Positions 17,118-27,897 are shown, numbered from the stretch's first letter. The stretch: 64,000 nt of DNA from PVC group bacterium (GCA_945898015.1 CAMDGM010000011.1:3200-67199); one strand, 5' to 3'. Program-made: numbers and translations. Notes: generated by a model not told the origin, from the letters alone.

Positions 17118-18047
17118 ATGTCCAAGTCCCACGAATCCGAAAACCTCTCCGCCATTGCCGAGAAACTCTGCCAGTGCAACAAATGCACGGCCACCACGGG
17201 CTCCGGCAAGGGCTTCGGCCTGGCCGGCCGCCAGGCCGTCTTCAAGGTGCTGGACGACCTGATCGCCGCCCTCTTTCCCGGCTGCCACGGCTATGAACCC
17301 GTGCCCGCCGACCAGATCCGCGGCCTGGTGGAGGAAAAGCTCCACGCCATCCGGGCCTCCCTCCGCCGCCAGATCGAGCTCGCCTTCCGCTACCAGTGCG
17401 AATTCGACCAGTGCAAGGACTGCGGCGACTGCGGCGAGCGCGCCGAAAAAGCCACCCATGCCCTCATGGCCGCCCTGCCGGCCATCAAGTGCGTTCTCCA
17501 GGAGGATATCGTGGCCGCCTACGAAGGCGATCCCGCCGCCAAATCCTTCATGGAAGTCGTGATGAGCTATCCCGGCGTGATGACCATCATGACCCATCGC
17601 CTGGCGCATGTGCTCTACAAGGAGAGCGTGCCGCTGATCCCCCGCATCATGTCCGAACATGCCCATTCCCAGACCGGCATCGACATCCATCCCGGCGCGC
17701 AAATCGGGCCTGGCTTTTTCATCGACCACGGCACCGGCGTGGTGATCGGCGAAACCTGCGTCATCGGACGGCGTGTCAAGCTCTACCAGGGCGTCACCCT
17801 CGGCGCGCTCAGCTTCCCCAAGGACGAGCACGGCAACCCCATCAAGGGCATCAAGCGCCATCCGAATGTCGAGGACGATGTCACCATCTACGCCGGCGCC
17901 ACCATTCTGGGCGGCACCACGACCATCGGCGCCGGCTCGGATATCGGCGGGAACGTGTGGCTGACCCAGTCCGTGCCGCCCGGCTCAAAAGTGTACAACC
18001 AGCAGCCCCAGCCCCTCATCCGGGAGCGCAAGGTACGCAAGGAATAA
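17118..18047 (+). CDS. cysE: serine O-acetyltransferase, long (EpsC-like) form with a Cys-rich N-terminal region
   Basis: Contains [41 protein letters not shown] and [13 protein letters not shown] hexapeptide-repeat motifs. Confidence 0.88.
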   Translation: MSKSHESENLSAIAEKLCQCNKCTATTGSGKGFGLAGRQAVFKVLDDLIAALFPGCHGYEPVPADQIRGLVEEKLHAIRASLRRQIELAFRYQCEFDQCKDCGDCGERAEKATHALMAALPAIKCVLQEDIVAAYEGDPAAKSFMEVVMSYPGVMTIMTHRLAHVLYKESVPLIPRIMSEHAHSQTGIDIHPGAQIGPGFFIDHGTGVVIGETCVIGRRVKLYQGVTLGALSFPKDEHGNPIKGIKRHPNVEDDVTIYAGATILGGTTTIGAGSDIGGNVWLTQSVPPGSKVYNQQPQPLIRERKVRKE

Positions 18048-18066
18048 CGCCAGGAATCCCCCCACC

Positions 18067-21000
18067 GTGAAGCTTCTCGTTCTTCAAGGCCAGTCCGCCC
18101 TTTCCCCTTTTCGTCACACCGCGCTCCGCCGCGCCCTCGACGCCGGGTTCCCCGCCCTGGGCATCAGCGGCCTCGAGGCGGCTTACGTCTACTTCCTGGA
18201 TCTTGAACAGGAACTCACCGCGGACCGCTTCGGCAAAACCCGCGCGCTCCTGAACGCCGGGCCGCCCCTCGCGCCCGCCGTCACCGAGGGCTTCCTCGTG
18301 ACCCCCCGCAAGGGCACCGTCTCCCCCTGGTCCTCCAAGGCCACCGACATCTTCCACAACTGCGGCCTGGCCGCCGTGCTCCGCGTGGAACGCGGCATCC
18401 ACTATGTCGTCCGCGGGCCCGGCCACCGCGTGATGGATACCGCCGCCCTCCGCCCCGCGCTCGGCCTCATGCACGACCGCATGACGGAGGGCGTTTACAC
18501 GGACATCGCCGACCTGTTTCATCACCTTGAGCCGCGGCCCTTTGTCACCGTGGATGTCCGCGCCGGCGGCATCGAGGCGCTCCGCGCGGCCAACCGCGAC
18601 ATGGGGCTGGCCCTCAGCGAGGAGGAGGTCGCCTACCTCTTCGCCGCCTACCGCAAGGAGGACCGCAACCCCACGGATGTGGAGCTCATGATGTTCGGCC
18701 AGGTCAACTCCGAACACTGCCGCCACAAGATTTTCAAGGCCGACTGGGTCATCGACGGCGCCCCGCGCGACGCCAGCCTCTTCGACATGATCCGCAACAC
18801 CCACAAGCTCCATCCCGGCCGCACGCTGTCCGCCTATTCCGACAACTCCGCCGTCATGGAAGGGTTCCCGGGCGACTGGTTCCGGTGCGACCGGGCGGGC
18901 TCCCGCGTCTACGCCTACGAGCGCGAGCAGCTCGACATTCTCATGAAGGTGGAAACCCACAACCACCCCACCGCCATCTCCCCCTACCCCGGGGCCGCCA
19001 CCGGCGTGGGCGGCGAAATCCGCGACGAGGGCGCCACCGGCATCGGCGGCAAGACGAAGGCCGGCCTGTCGGCCTTCTTCGTCTCGAACCTCCGCATCCC
19101 GGGCTTCACCCAGCCCTGGGAAAAGGTGCACGCCGAATTCCCGGACCGGCTCGCCTCCCCCCTCCAGATCATGACCGAGGGGCCCCTCGGCGGCGCCGGC
19201 TTCGGCAACGAATTCGGCCGCCCCCAGCTCACCGGCATCTTCCGCACCTTCGAGGACATCTGCCACGCGCGCTACCGCGGCTATCACAAGCCCATCATGG
19301 TCGCCGGCGGACTGGGCAACATCCTCCGTTCCCACGTGCATAAAAAGACCTTCGGCACGAATGTCTGCATCATCCAGCTCGGCGGGCCCGCGCTCCGCAT
19401 CGGCCTCGGCGGCGGAGCCGCCTCGTCCATGGACAGCGGCGCCAACGCCCTCGACCTCGACTTCAACTCGGTCCAGCGCGACAACGCCGAAATGCAGCGC
19501 CGGTGCCAGGAGGTGATCGACGGCTGCATCGCCATGGGCGACGCCAACCCCATTCTGAGCATCCACGACATCGGGGCCGGCGGACTTTCCAATGGCTGCC
19601 CCGAACTCGTGGCGCCCGGCGGCGCCGTGTTTAAGTTGCGCGCCATACCCAACGAGGAGCGCTCCATGAGCCCCCTCGAAATCTGGTGCTGCGAGGCCCA
19701 GGAGCGCTACGTGCTGGCGGTCGCGAAAGACTCGCTCGACACCTTCCTCGCCCTCTGTCGCCGCGAGCGCTGCCCCGGCCATGTGATCGGCGAAACCACC
19801 GGCGACGGCCGCCTCGTGCTCGACGACTCCCATTTTACCAACCGGCCAATCGACATGGACCTCGACGTGCTGCTCGGCAAGCCCCCCCGCATGCGCCGCG
19901 AGGTGTCCCGCCTGCGCGAAACCGCCACCCCCTTTGATCCGGCCGGCATGACCGTGGCCGATGCCATAACCCGCCTCCTGCGCCTCCCCACAATCGCCTC
20001 CAAAACCTTCCTCATCACCATCACCGACCGCACCATCACCGGGCTCGTGGCGCGCGACCAGATGTGCGGCCCCTTCCAGACTCCCGTCTCGGATGTGGCC
20101 GTCACGCTCTCCTCCTTCCACGGCTACACAGGCGAAGCCATGGCCATGGGCGAACGCACGCCCGTCGCCATCCTGAACCCCGCCGCCTCGGGCCGCCTCG
20201 CCGTGGGCGAAGCCTTGACCAACCTGGCCGCCGCGCCCGTGGCCGCAATCGGTGACATCAAGCTCTCCGCCAACTGGATGTGCGCCTGCGGGGAACCCGG
20301 CGAGGATGCCGGCCTGTACGACACGGTCCACGCCGTGGGCATGGAGCTCTGCCCCGCCCTGGGCATTGCCATTCCCGTGGGCAAGGACTCCCTGTCCATG
20401 CGGACCCTCTGGACCACCGCCCAGGGTCAATCCGTCAAGATGACCGCGCCGCTCAGCCTGGTCGTCACCGCGTTCGCGCCGGTGCCGGATGCCCGGAAAA
20501 CCCTGACCGCCGACCTCAAACCCCGGCTCGATTCGTCTCTGATCCTCATCGACCTGGGCCGCAAACGTAACCGGCTCGGGGGCTCCGCCCTGGCGCAGGT
20601 CTACAACCAGGTCGGCCAGATCACCCCCGACCTGGATTCGCCCGCCGACATGGTGGCCTTCTTCGCCGCCACCCGCGACCTGATCCGGGAGAACCTCATC
20701 CTCGCCTATCACGACCGCTCGGACGGCGGCTTGTTCGTCACCCTCGCGGAAATGGCCTTCGCCTCGGGCCTGGGCCTGGACGCCCGCCTGAAACCGGCGG
20801 GCGATGATCCGCTCGCCGTGCTCTTCTCCGAGGAGCTCGGCGCCGTCATCCAGGTAGCCGACGCGGACCTCCCCCGGGTCACCGACATATTCCGCGCCCA
20901 CAAGCTCTGCGACTGCTGCATCCTCATCGGCAAACCCACGGAAGACCGGAAGCTGACCCTGCACTGGGGCACCGACGAACTCTACAGCGAGCGGGTCTCC

Positions 21001-21948
21001 ATTCTCAAGGGCCTCTGGTCCGAAACCACCATCCACATGCAGGCCCGCCGGGATAATGCCGAAACCGCCCGGGAAGAACTGGCCCTGATCGTGGACGAGC
21101 GCGATTCGGGTCTCCAGGCCAACCTGACCTACGACCCCTCTGCCCCCTTCTCCATCGCCGGGAAAGCCCGCCCCCGCATGGCCATCCTGCGCGAACAGGG
21201 GGTCAACGGTGAAATTGAAATGGCGGCGGTTTTCGACCAGGTCGGATTCGAATCCGTGGATGTCCACATGACCGATCTGCTGGGCGGCCTCGTCGACCTG
21301 AAGGATTTCACCGGCCTCGTGGCCTGCGGCGGATTCTCGTATGGCGATGTGCTCGGCGCCGGCTCGGGCTGGGCCCGGTCGATTCTCTTCAATCCCCGGC
21401 TGAAGGATATGTTCGCCGAATTTTTTGCCCGGAAAAACTCTTTCGCGCTGGGAGTCTGCAACGGCTGCCAGATGATGTCACAGCTCAAGGACATCATTCC
21501 CGGCGCGGCGGCCTGGCCCCGCTTCCTGCGCAACCGGTGCGAACAGTTCGAAGCCCGTCTGGTGAACGTGGAAATTCTCAAGAGCCCCTCCCTGTTCCTC
21601 AAGGGCATGGCGGGGTCTGTGCTCCCCATTCCGGTGGCACACGGGGAAGGCCGCGCGGTCTTTGCCACCCCAGCCGATCTCAAGGCCATTGGCACCCAAA
21701 GCCTGGCGGCGGCGCGATTCGTGGACCATCAGGGGAAGCCGACGGAACTCTACCCGTTGAATCCCAACGGCTCGCCTGGCGGACTGACAGGCCTGACCAC
21801 GCCCGATGGCCGCGTCACCATCCTCATGCCCCACCCGGAACGCGCGTTCCGATCCATCCAGCTTTCTTACGCCCCCCGGGCCTTTGCCACCCGCGAAGAA
21901 GGGCCCTGGCTGCGCTTCTTCCAAAACGCACGTGAATGGGTCCCCTGA
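18067..21948 (+). CDS. purL: phosphoribosylformylglycinamidine synthase, single-chain large PurL
   Basis: 1293 aa from a GTG start. Contains [34 protein letters not shown] and a C-terminal glutaminase domain (GVCNGCQ, PHPER). Confidence 0.96.
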   Translation: MKLLVLQGQSALSPFRHTALRRALDAGFPALGISGLEAAYVYFLDLEQELTADRFGKTRALLNAGPPLAPAVTEGFLVTPRKGTVSPWSSKATDIFHNCGLAAVLRVERGIHYVVRGPGHRVMDTAALRPALGLMHDRMTEGVYTDIADLFHHLEPRPFVTVDVRAGGIEALRAANRDMGLALSEEEVAYLFAAYRKEDRNPTDVELMMFGQVNSEHCRHKIFKADWVIDGAPRDASLFDMIRNTHKLHPGRTLSAYSDNSAVMEGFPGDWFRCDRAGSRVYAYEREQLDILMKVETHNHPTAISPYPGAATGVGGEIRDEGATGIGGKTKAGLSAFFVSNLRIPGFTQPWEKVHAEFPDRLASPLQIMTEGPLGGAGFGNEFGRPQLTGIFRTFEDICHARYRGYHKPIMVAGGLGNILRSHVHKKTFGTNVCIIQLGGPALRIGLGGGAASSMDSGANALDLDFNSVQRDNAEMQRRCQEVIDGCIAMGDANPILSIHDIGAGGLSNGCPELVAPGGAVFKLRAIPNEERSMSPLEIWCCEAQERYVLAVAKDSLDTFLALCRRERCPGHVIGETTGDGRLVLDDSHFTNRPIDMDLDVLLGKPPRMRREVSRLRETATPFDPAGMTVADAITRLLRLPTIASKTFLITITDRTITGLVARDQMCGPFQTPVSDVAVTLSSFHGYTGEAMAMGERTPVAILNPAASGRLAVGEALTNLAAAPVAAIGDIKLSANWMCACGEPGEDAGLYDTVHAVGMELCPALGIAIPVGKDSLSMRTLWTTAQGQSVKMTAPLSLVVTAFAPVPDARKTLTADLKPRLDSSLILIDLGRKRNRLGGSALAQVYNQVGQITPDLDSPADMVAFFAATRDLIRENLILAYHDRSDGGLFVTLAEMAFASGLGLDARLKPAGDDPLAVLFSEELGAVIQVADADLPRVTDIFRAHKLCDCCILIGKPTEDRKLTLHWGTDELYSERVSILKGLWSETTIHMQARRDNAETAREELALIVDERDSGLQANLTYDPSAPFSIAGKARPRMAILREQGVNGEIEMAAVFDQVGFESVDVHMTDLLGGLVDLKDFTGLVACGGFSYGDVLGAGSGWARSILFNPRLKDMFAEFFARKNSFALGVCNGCQMMSQLKDIIPGAAAWPRFLRNRCEQFEARLVNVEILKSPSLFLKGMAGSVLPIPVAHGEGRAVFATPADLKAIGTQSLAAARFVDHQGKPTELYPLNPNGSPGGLTGLTTPDGRVTILMPHPERAFRSIQLSYAPRAFATREEGPWLRFFQNAREWVP

Positions 21949-21956
21949 TCTCCACC

Positions 21957-23051
21957 ATGAAAACACATCACCGTCCGCTGGCCGCCGTCCTTCAGCCCTT
22001 CATCGACACCCAGTCCCTGGCCGGCGCGGTCCTGCTGGTGGCCGACCGGAACGGCATTCTGGACCTCGAAACCGTGGGGTATGCCGACGTCGCCGCACGC
22101 AAACCGATGCGCCCGAACTCGCTCTTCTGGATCGCTTCGCAGACGAAATCCATGACCGCCACCGCGCTCATGATGCTCGTGGATGAAGGCAAGGTGAAGG
22201 TAACGGACCCGGTCCACCGCTATCTCCCGGAATTCAAGGACCAGCGCGTGGCCATCCCTCGCGGAAAAAGCGATCTGCTGCTCCGGAAACCCAAGCAGTC
22301 CATCACCCTCCGCCACATCCTGTCCCACACCAGCGGCCTGCCTTTCAAATCCGCCATTGAAGAGCCAACCCGCGACATGATCCCGCTCGCGACCACGGTC
22401 CGCAGCTATGCCATGACCCCGCTCCAGTTCGAGCCCGGCGCCCGCTATCTCTATTCCAACGCGGGCATCAACACGGCCGGCCGGATCATCGAGGTGGTTT
22501 CGGGCCTCTCCTATGAAACCTTCATGCAACGCCGCCTGCTTGAACCGCTGGGCATGACGGACACGGCCTTCAAGCCCGACGCCCGGCGCCTGCAACGACT
22601 GGCCAAGGCCTACAAGCCAGACGCCGCCAAGACGGGCCTCGAGGAAACCCTTTTCTCCCAATATACCCGGCCGTTCGACAATCCCGCCCGCCAGGCGGTG
22701 CCCGGCGGCGGACTGTTCTCGACGGCCGCCGATGTCGCGCAATTCTGCCGCATGATCCTGAATGGCGGAACCCTTGACGGCATGTCCTACGTAACCACAG
22801 AGGCCATCCGGCAGATGACCCGCAAGCAGACCGGCCGGGCGGTTGAAACGGGGTACGGCCTGGGTTGGGGCGTGGGCGCCGGCACCTTCGGCCACGGCGG
22901 CGCCTTGGCGACCAACATGACGATCGATCACAAGAGAGGGCTGATCCTGGTTTTCCTGGTGCAGCACATGGGCTTTCCCGGAAACGGCAACCTAGCCCAG
23001 GCCGCCTTTCAAGACGCCGCGCGGGAACGATTCGGAAGTTCCGGGCCGTAA
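21957..23051 (+). CDS. serine hydrolase, beta-lactamase/transpeptidase-like (class C-related)
   Basis: Contains the SxxK motif (ASQTKSMT), YSN (YLYSNAG) and a HGG triad element (FGHGGA). The ATG at 21957 avoids overlap with purL. Confidence 0.8.
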   Translation: MKTHHRPLAAVLQPFIDTQSLAGAVLLVADRNGILDLETVGYADVAARKPMRPNSLFWIASQTKSMTATALMMLVDEGKVKVTDPVHRYLPEFKDQRVAIPRGKSDLLLRKPKQSITLRHILSHTSGLPFKSAIEEPTRDMIPLATTVRSYAMTPLQFEPGARYLYSNAGINTAGRIIEVVSGLSYETFMQRRLLEPLGMTDTAFKPDARRLQRLAKAYKPDAAKTGLEETLFSQYTRPFDNPARQAVPGGGLFSTAADVAQFCRMILNGGTLDGMSYVTTEAIRQMTRKQTGRAVETGYGLGWGVGAGTFGHGGALATNMTIDHKRGLILVFLVQHMGFPGNGNLAQAAFQDAARERFGSSGP

Positions 23052-23103
23052 GCATCACCGCGCGCCGTAAGGGAATCGTGATGGTCGAAACGATAATATT
23101 AAA

Positions 23104-23132
23104 TAGACTGTCCGCGCGGCGGAGCGTATAAA
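23104..23132 (+). promoter_or_regulatory. possible promoter (TAGACT-17-TATAAA) for the lower-GC secreted-protein gene
   Basis: Hexamers and spacer read directly. A strong AAGGAGG RBS follows. Confidence 0.35.
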
Positions 23133-23155
23133 TAACGCCATTAAAGGAGGCCCTC

Positions 23156-23896
23156 ATGAAACCAATTTTAGTACTGGCGCTGAGTCTTGTTTCATCCGCA
23201 TGCATGGCCGCTCAATCCCAAATCGACAAAGTCGAGACCGATCGACAGTCAGAACTCCAGGCGTTGCGGGCCACCTACGAAAAACAGGTCCAGTCCATCA
23301 ACAATAAAGCCAGCACCCGGCTGAAAATGCTCCTGCCCTCGCTTTCCGAAAAAGAAAAGTCGAGCGACTCGGGCCGCTTGCGCGACCTCATCTATAGCCT
23401 CGACGCAGAATCCGCTAAAGCCGGAGCCTGCCGATACACCGATTTCGCCATGACGGGCAACTGGATCCTGAGAGATCGGACCTTCAACGGCCGGGACGGC
23501 TTTCTGATACTCCGTTTACCGGAAAAATTCGAATCCATCACCTTCAAGGCTGAAATCGAATCCAGCAACGACTTTGGGTTCCTCCTGACGGAGCAGGGAA
23601 TCGACTTCAAATACGGCGTTGACGCCTATCTGGGCGGCGGCAACAACACCCGGAGCAGCGCCCATGTCACGGGAAACGAGATTGCGGAATCCGTGGTCAA
23701 CAAAGGGATGCCGCCCGGAAAATGGCCCTGCGAGCTGACCTATAACGGCCGCACCCTGAAAGTCCTGATCGATAAAAAAACGTTCATCACCTGTAATGCG
23801 CCTTTCCCGAATCGGGGGACACCGAAATTCCTCTGCCTGTTTTCCGGCTGGGGTGGCGTCGCCACCGTGACCGATCCGGTCGTTGAAATCCGCTGA
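23156..23896 (+). CDS. hypothetical secreted protein: signal peptide, coiled-coil-like N-region, beta-sandwich-like C-domain
   Basis: The signal sequence is MKPILVLALSLVSSACMAAQ. Local GC is visibly lower than in the flanks. The C-terminal half has alternating beta-type patterns reminiscent of DUF1080/lectin-like folds; that similarity is unverified. Confidence 0.6.
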   Translation: MKPILVLALSLVSSACMAAQSQIDKVETDRQSELQALRATYEKQVQSINNKASTRLKMLLPSLSEKEKSSDSGRLRDLIYSLDAESAKAGACRYTDFAMTGNWILRDRTFNGRDGFLILRLPEKFESITFKAEIESSNDFGFLLTEQGIDFKYGVDAYLGGGNNTRSSAHVTGNEIAESVVNKGMPPGKWPCELTYNGRTLKVLIDKKTFITCNAPFPNRGTPKFLCLFSGWGGVATVTDPVVEIR

Positions 23897-24042
23897 GCCG
23901 TGCAGGCGTCTCGTCGTAATCGGTTGCGGCTCCATAGCCCGTAGCCATCTCTCGGGGTTCGCCCCTCCTGAACAGCGAAAATGAATGCGCCCTTGCCTTG
24001 CATTAGGCGGAGACATGGTGTAGGGTATCGCGTGCCTTGTTT

Positions 24043-24119
24043 CGGGGCGTAGCGCAGCCTGGTAGCGCGTCAGCCTTGGGCGCTGAAAGTCGTGGGTTCA
24101 AATCCCGCCGCCCCGACCA
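24043..24119 (+). tRNA. tRNA-Pro (anticodon TGG)
   Basis: Folded by hand as a cloverleaf. Acceptor is CGGGGCG/CGCCCCG, D stem GCGC/GCGC, anticodon stem TCAGC/GCTGA with loop CTTGGGC, and T arm GTGGG-TTCAAAT-CCCGC. Discriminator is A and a CCA end is encoded; length is 77 nt. Confidence 0.93.
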
Positions 24120-24160
24120 TCTTAAGCTCTTCGCACGCGTGAGCTTTGGCTGGCAAGCTC

Positions 24161-24502
24161 ATGGCGCTAACGGAAGGACCTGACGTGAAAAACACTGCGA
24201 AAGCGCTCAATCTGGCCGGCTTGGTGAAATACCAGAAATCCGCCGTGGTCAGCAAAACGATCATCGACAAGCAGGTCGGAACCGTCACCGTCTTTGCGTT
24301 TGGCCAGGGCCAGGGGCTCAGCGAACATACGGCCCCGTTCAACGCCCTCGTCCAGGTGCTGGACGGCGAGGTGGAAATCACGATCTCCGGCAAGCCGCTT
24401 CGCGTGAAACAGGGTGAGTTCATCATCCTTCCGGCCAACAAACCCCACGCTTTGCACGGGATCACCGCGTTCAAAATGCTGCTCACCATGATTCGAGCCT
24501 GA
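24161..24502 (+). CDS. cupin domain protein
   Basis: Contains G.GLSEHTAPF...LVQVLDGEVEI...G..I.LPAN.PHAL, a two-motif cupin signature. The ATG at 24161 is preferred over the TTG at 24146. Confidence 0.75.
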   Translation: MALTEGPDVKNTAKALNLAGLVKYQKSAVVSKTIIDKQVGTVTVFAFGQGQGLSEHTAPFNALVQVLDGEVEITISGKPLRVKQGEFIILPANKPHALHGITAFKMLLTMIRA

Positions 24503-24506
24503 CCCC

Positions 24507-26282
24507 ATGGCACTGATCGCTCTTCAAACTGTCACGATCCGGTTCGGCGGCCACGCCCTGCTCGAAGAGGCCACTTTCAACCTCGAACGAAATGAGCGCG
24601 TGGCGCTCGTCGGCCGCAATGGCGAAGGCAAATCCACCCTGCTCCGCCTGCTGACGGGCGAGCTCTCCCCCGACAGCGGCGCCCTCGTCCGCTCATCTTC
24701 CGTCAGCCTCGCCCTGCTTCCCCAAGCCGTCCCGGACGGCATCGAGGGCACCGTCCTGGACCTGGTCATGACGGGCCTGCCCGATTCGATCGAAGCCTGG
24801 CGCCGGGCCACGGCGGCCGAAAAGGCCATCTCCCTTCTGGAATTGGACAAAGACGCCGAGTTCGCGACCCTTTCAGGCGGCATGAAACGGCGCGCCCTCC
24901 TGGCAAAAGCCGTGGTCTCGGAACCCGATGTCCTGCTTCTGGACGAGCCGACCAATCACCTGGACCTGGGCTCCATCCAATGGCTGGAAGGCTTTTTGCT
25001 TCGCTTTCCCGGCTCCCTGCTCTTTGTCACCCACGACCGGGCCTTTCTGCGCCGCCTGGCCACCCGCATCGTCGAACTGGACCGCGGCCGAATCGCCAGC
25101 TGGTCCTGCCCCTATGACCGCTACCTGGTGCACAAGGAGGAGCTCCTTGAAGCGGAGGCCAAGCAGTTCGCGCTGGCCAACAAGAAACTGGCCCAGGAAG
25201 AAACGTGGCTGCGCAAAAGCCCCCGCGCCCGGCGCACACGCAACGAGGGCCGTGTCCGGGCGCTGATGCAGCTGCGCAACGAGCGGCGGGAGCGCCGGGA
25301 ACTGGGCGGCTCGGCCGTCATCCAGCTCGAGAATGCCGGCCGCAGCGGCCAGAAGGTCGTCACCGCCAACCACCTCGTCCAGGCCTACGGCGGCCAGCCC
25401 GTGCTCAACGATGTGTCCCTCCAGATCATGCGCGGCGACAAGATCGGCATCATGGGCCCCAATGGCTGCGGCAAAACCACCCTGCTGAAAATCCTGCTCG
25501 GCGAACTGACCCCGCAGGGCGGAACCGTCGTGCACGGCACGCGTCTTCAACCCGTCTACTTCGACCAGCACCGCGAACAGCTGGACGAGCGGCTGACGGT
25601 CAAGGAGAGCGTGGCCGGCGGCAGCGAGATGATCGAAATCAACGGCCGAAAACGCCACATCTACGGCTATCTGGAAGACTTTCTCTTCACCCCCGAACGG
25701 GCCCGCACCCCGGTGAAAGCGCTCTCCGGCGGCGAACGCAACCGGTTGCTGATCGCCCGGCTCTTCACCCGCCCCGCCAATGTTCTCGTGCTGGATGAAC
25801 CGACCAATGATCTGGACGTCGAGACGCTGGAGCTGCTGGAAAACGTGCTGGTTGAGTTTTCAGGCACCCTGTTGCTGGTCAGCCATGACCGGGCCTTCTT
25901 GAACGAAGTGGTCACCAGCACCCTCGTCTTCGAAGGCCATGGCCAGATCACGGAATATGCGGGCGGCTACGACGACTGGGTGACCCAGCGGCCCAAACGT
26001 CCTGATTTCGAAAAGGAAATGACCGATCTGACGCCCAAACCCGGGGCGACTCCGGCAATCCGGAAGCTGAGCAACAAGGAGCGGCAGGAACTGGGCCACC
26101 TTCCGGAACGAATTGCCGCCTACGAGAAAGAGCAGGATGAGCTGCACCAAAAACAGGCGGAACCCTCTTTTTACCGCTCCTCGCCCGCCGACATCAAGTT
26201 GGTTTCGGACCGGCTCTCCGCCCTCGTCCATGAGATGGAAGCCGCCTTTGCCCGCTGGTCCGAACTCGATGCGCGCAAATGA
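24507..26282 (+). CDS. ABC-F family ATPase (Uup-like), two ABC domains, no TM domain
   Basis: Has two Walker A sites (GRNGEGKST, GPNGCGKTT), two LSGG signatures (LSGGMKRR, LSGGERNR) and a charged inter-domain linker plus C-terminal coiled region. Confidence 0.9.
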   Translation: MALIALQTVTIRFGGHALLEEATFNLERNERVALVGRNGEGKSTLLRLLTGELSPDSGALVRSSSVSLALLPQAVPDGIEGTVLDLVMTGLPDSIEAWRRATAAEKAISLLELDKDAEFATLSGGMKRRALLAKAVVSEPDVLLLDEPTNHLDLGSIQWLEGFLLRFPGSLLFVTHDRAFLRRLATRIVELDRGRIASWSCPYDRYLVHKEELLEAEAKQFALANKKLAQEETWLRKSPRARRTRNEGRVRALMQLRNERRERRELGGSAVIQLENAGRSGQKVVTANHLVQAYGGQPVLNDVSLQIMRGDKIGIMGPNGCGKTTLLKILLGELTPQGGTVVHGTRLQPVYFDQHREQLDERLTVKESVAGGSEMIEINGRKRHIYGYLEDFLFTPERARTPVKALSGGERNRLLIARLFTRPANVLVLDEPTNDLDVETLELLENVLVEFSGTLLLVSHDRAFLNEVVTSTLVFEGHGQITEYAGGYDDWVTQRPKRPDFEKEMTDLTPKPGATPAIRKLSNKERQELGHLPERIAAYEKEQDELHQKQAEPSFYRSSPADIKLVSDRLSALVHEMEAAFARWSELDARK

Positions 26283-26288
26283 TCCCGC

Positions 26289-26891
26289 TTAAAGATCGAG
26301 GATTAAATCCGATAAGGCGCGCTTCGGAACATGGTGAAAGCCCCGTTCATCGCGCCAATATTCGATTTTTCCGTCCTTGACTGGCTCCAGCAGGACCGTC
26401 TCTTTAGGTTTCCCAAATGCCAGCACCAGCGCAATTTCAAACGCTTCGGGAATCACCAGCGCCACGCGGAGAGGGCCCCGGTCCACGGCGCCCAGCATGC
26501 ATCCGCCAAGCCCCATTTCCACAGCGCCCAGCATCATGCTCTGCGCCGCGATACCCTGATCGCATCCGGCATTCGGCGCAATCCCGATATCGCACAGGAT
26601 AATGATATAGGCCGCAGGCCGTTCCCCGTCAATCGGACCGCCCCACTCCTTCAGGTAGCCCGCCCAATGAAGATGCGGAAAGATCCGGGCATTCTTTTCG
26701 GGTTGCCAGGACAACACATACTTCAACGGCTGACGATTTCCACCCGAGGCGGATAGCCGCCCCAGATTCACCAGCTCCCGTAACTCGTTTTGCGAGATCG
26801 GGACATTCTGATGAAACCGGCGGTAACTACGGGTCTTCAGGATCAGATCCTGAAGCATCTTGGGCTCGTTTTTCTTTTCCATGTCGTTCAC
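26289..26891 (-). CDS. nitroreductase family protein
   Basis: Contains RSYRRF...L..L....RLSASGGNRQP near the N-terminus, typical of the NADH oxidase/flavin reductase (nitroreductase) fold. Length is 200 aa. Confidence 0.8.
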   Translation of the reverse strand: MNDMEKKNEPKMLQDLILKTRSYRRFHQNVPISQNELRELVNLGRLSASGGNRQPLKYVLSWQPEKNARIFPHLHWAGYLKEWGGPIDGERPAAYIIILCDIGIAPNAGCDQGIAAQSMMLGAVEMGLGGCMLGAVDRGPLRVALVIPEAFEIALVLAFGKPKETVLLEPVKDGKIEYWRDERGFHHVPKRALSDLILDL

Positions 26892-26928
26892 CCTGTTCGT
26901 CTAAAATCAACCGTTAAACGGGCTTCTG

Positions 26929-27537
26929 TCACCCGGGCTCCATCAACCGGACCCAGCTGGCCTGAATTTCAGAAACCCGTTCCTTTTCGAAAACAAAACC
27001 ATGAAGCCCCAACTGCCGTGCCGCGTCTACATTCGCCGCATTGTCATCCAAAAACACGCACCGTTCCGGTCGCGCTCCGGTCTCCCGCAAAACCTGCTGG
27101 AAGATTTCCGGGTCGGGCTTGATGCACCCCATATCGCAGGACAGAAAATTCCGATCGCTGCGCTGGAAAAAACCCGGGAAGCGCTCCTCGATCGCCACCT
27201 TATTGAAATCCGCAATATTGCTCAGGAAATACACAGAAGCGCCCCGGGCCCGCACAAACTCAAGCAACTTTAAGCCATCGCTGTTTTCAGAAAAAACAGT
27301 CTTCCATCCCTCGATCAGATCGCGAAAGGTCCAATGAGGAACCTCCGGCAGAATGTGGCGCGTAAAATACTGCTCGCCGGTAATGAGCCCGCTTTCGATC
27401 TCGCGCAGGCTGGAGTGCTCTCTCAAGCGGAGCAGCGCATCCCCGGCTCGCCGATCACCCCGGCCCGCGATCCGAGCCAGCTCCGGCAGGTCAAAATCCA
27501 GCAAAACACCGCCAATATCGAAAATGAAGTTCCACAT
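26929..27537 (-). CDS. HAD-superfamily hydrolase (subfamily IA-like)
   Basis: Motif I variant is FIFDIGGVLLDFD, a SN motif sits mid-protein, and the C-terminal motif is FLDDNAANV. Confidence 0.75.
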   Translation of the reverse strand: MWNFIFDIGGVLLDFDLPELARIAGRGDRRAGDALLRLREHSSLREIESGLITGEQYFTRHILPEVPHWTFRDLIEGWKTVFSENSDGLKLLEFVRARGASVYFLSNIADFNKVAIEERFPGFFQRSDRNFLSCDMGCIKPDPEIFQQVLRETGARPERCVFLDDNAANVDAARQLGLHGFVFEKERVSEIQASWVRLMEPG

Positions 27538-27543
27538 AATCGC

Positions 27544-27897
27544 CTAAAAGGGCATGTTGTCGCTTTCCGACTCCGCTTCCGGCTCCGGCGGAATCCGGTT
27601 GGACTCCTCATCGGCCGCGCCGGCGCCCGGAGTGGCGACGCTGATGCCAAAGGCCTGGAGGTTCACGAAAAACTTGCCGTTATACTCGCTGCCGCGGATC
27701 CGGAATTGCACGTTAACCGTGTCGCCGTCACGCACCTTGTCGAGCAGCGACAAGCGCTCCTTCACGCATTCGATTTTGATGGATTGCGGATACTTGTCAT
27801 CCGTCTGGATCACGAATTCGCGTTTGGAAAACCCGCTGCTGAACGTTTGCACATCCAGGATTTTCGTCACTTTGCCGGTCATCTCGTAGGTGTTCAT
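27544..27897 (-). CDS. DUF3127-like OB-fold protein with acidic tail ending in MPF
   Basis: The sequence is MNTYEMTGKVTKILDVQTFSSGFSKREFVIQTDDKYPQSIKIECVKERL...VNVQFRIRGSEYNGKFFVNLQAF, then a low-complexity acidic tail ...EAESESDNMPF. The start is taken at the internal ATG at 27897; the track ORF extends to 27981 and would overlap queH. Confidence 0.65.
   Translation of the reverse strand: MNTYEMTGKVTKILDVQTFSSGFSKREFVIQTDDKYPQSIKIECVKERLSLLDKVRDGDTVNVQFRIRGSEYNGKFFVNLQAFGISVATPGAGAADEESNRIPPEPEAESESDNMPF

Noticed and set aside
18016-21267. 1083-aa minus-strand ORF
   Set aside because: It is entirely antisense to purL, whose translation carries all the canonical motifs. The composition is low-complexity Gly/Ala/Val/Asp/Glu, typical of a shadow ORF.
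23052-24145. Genomic island or integrated mobile element at tRNA-Pro
   Set aside because: No integrase or recombinase gene is present, no direct repeat of the tRNA 3-prime end is seen in the flanks, and only one small gene shows lower GC. It is reported only as a compositional oddity.
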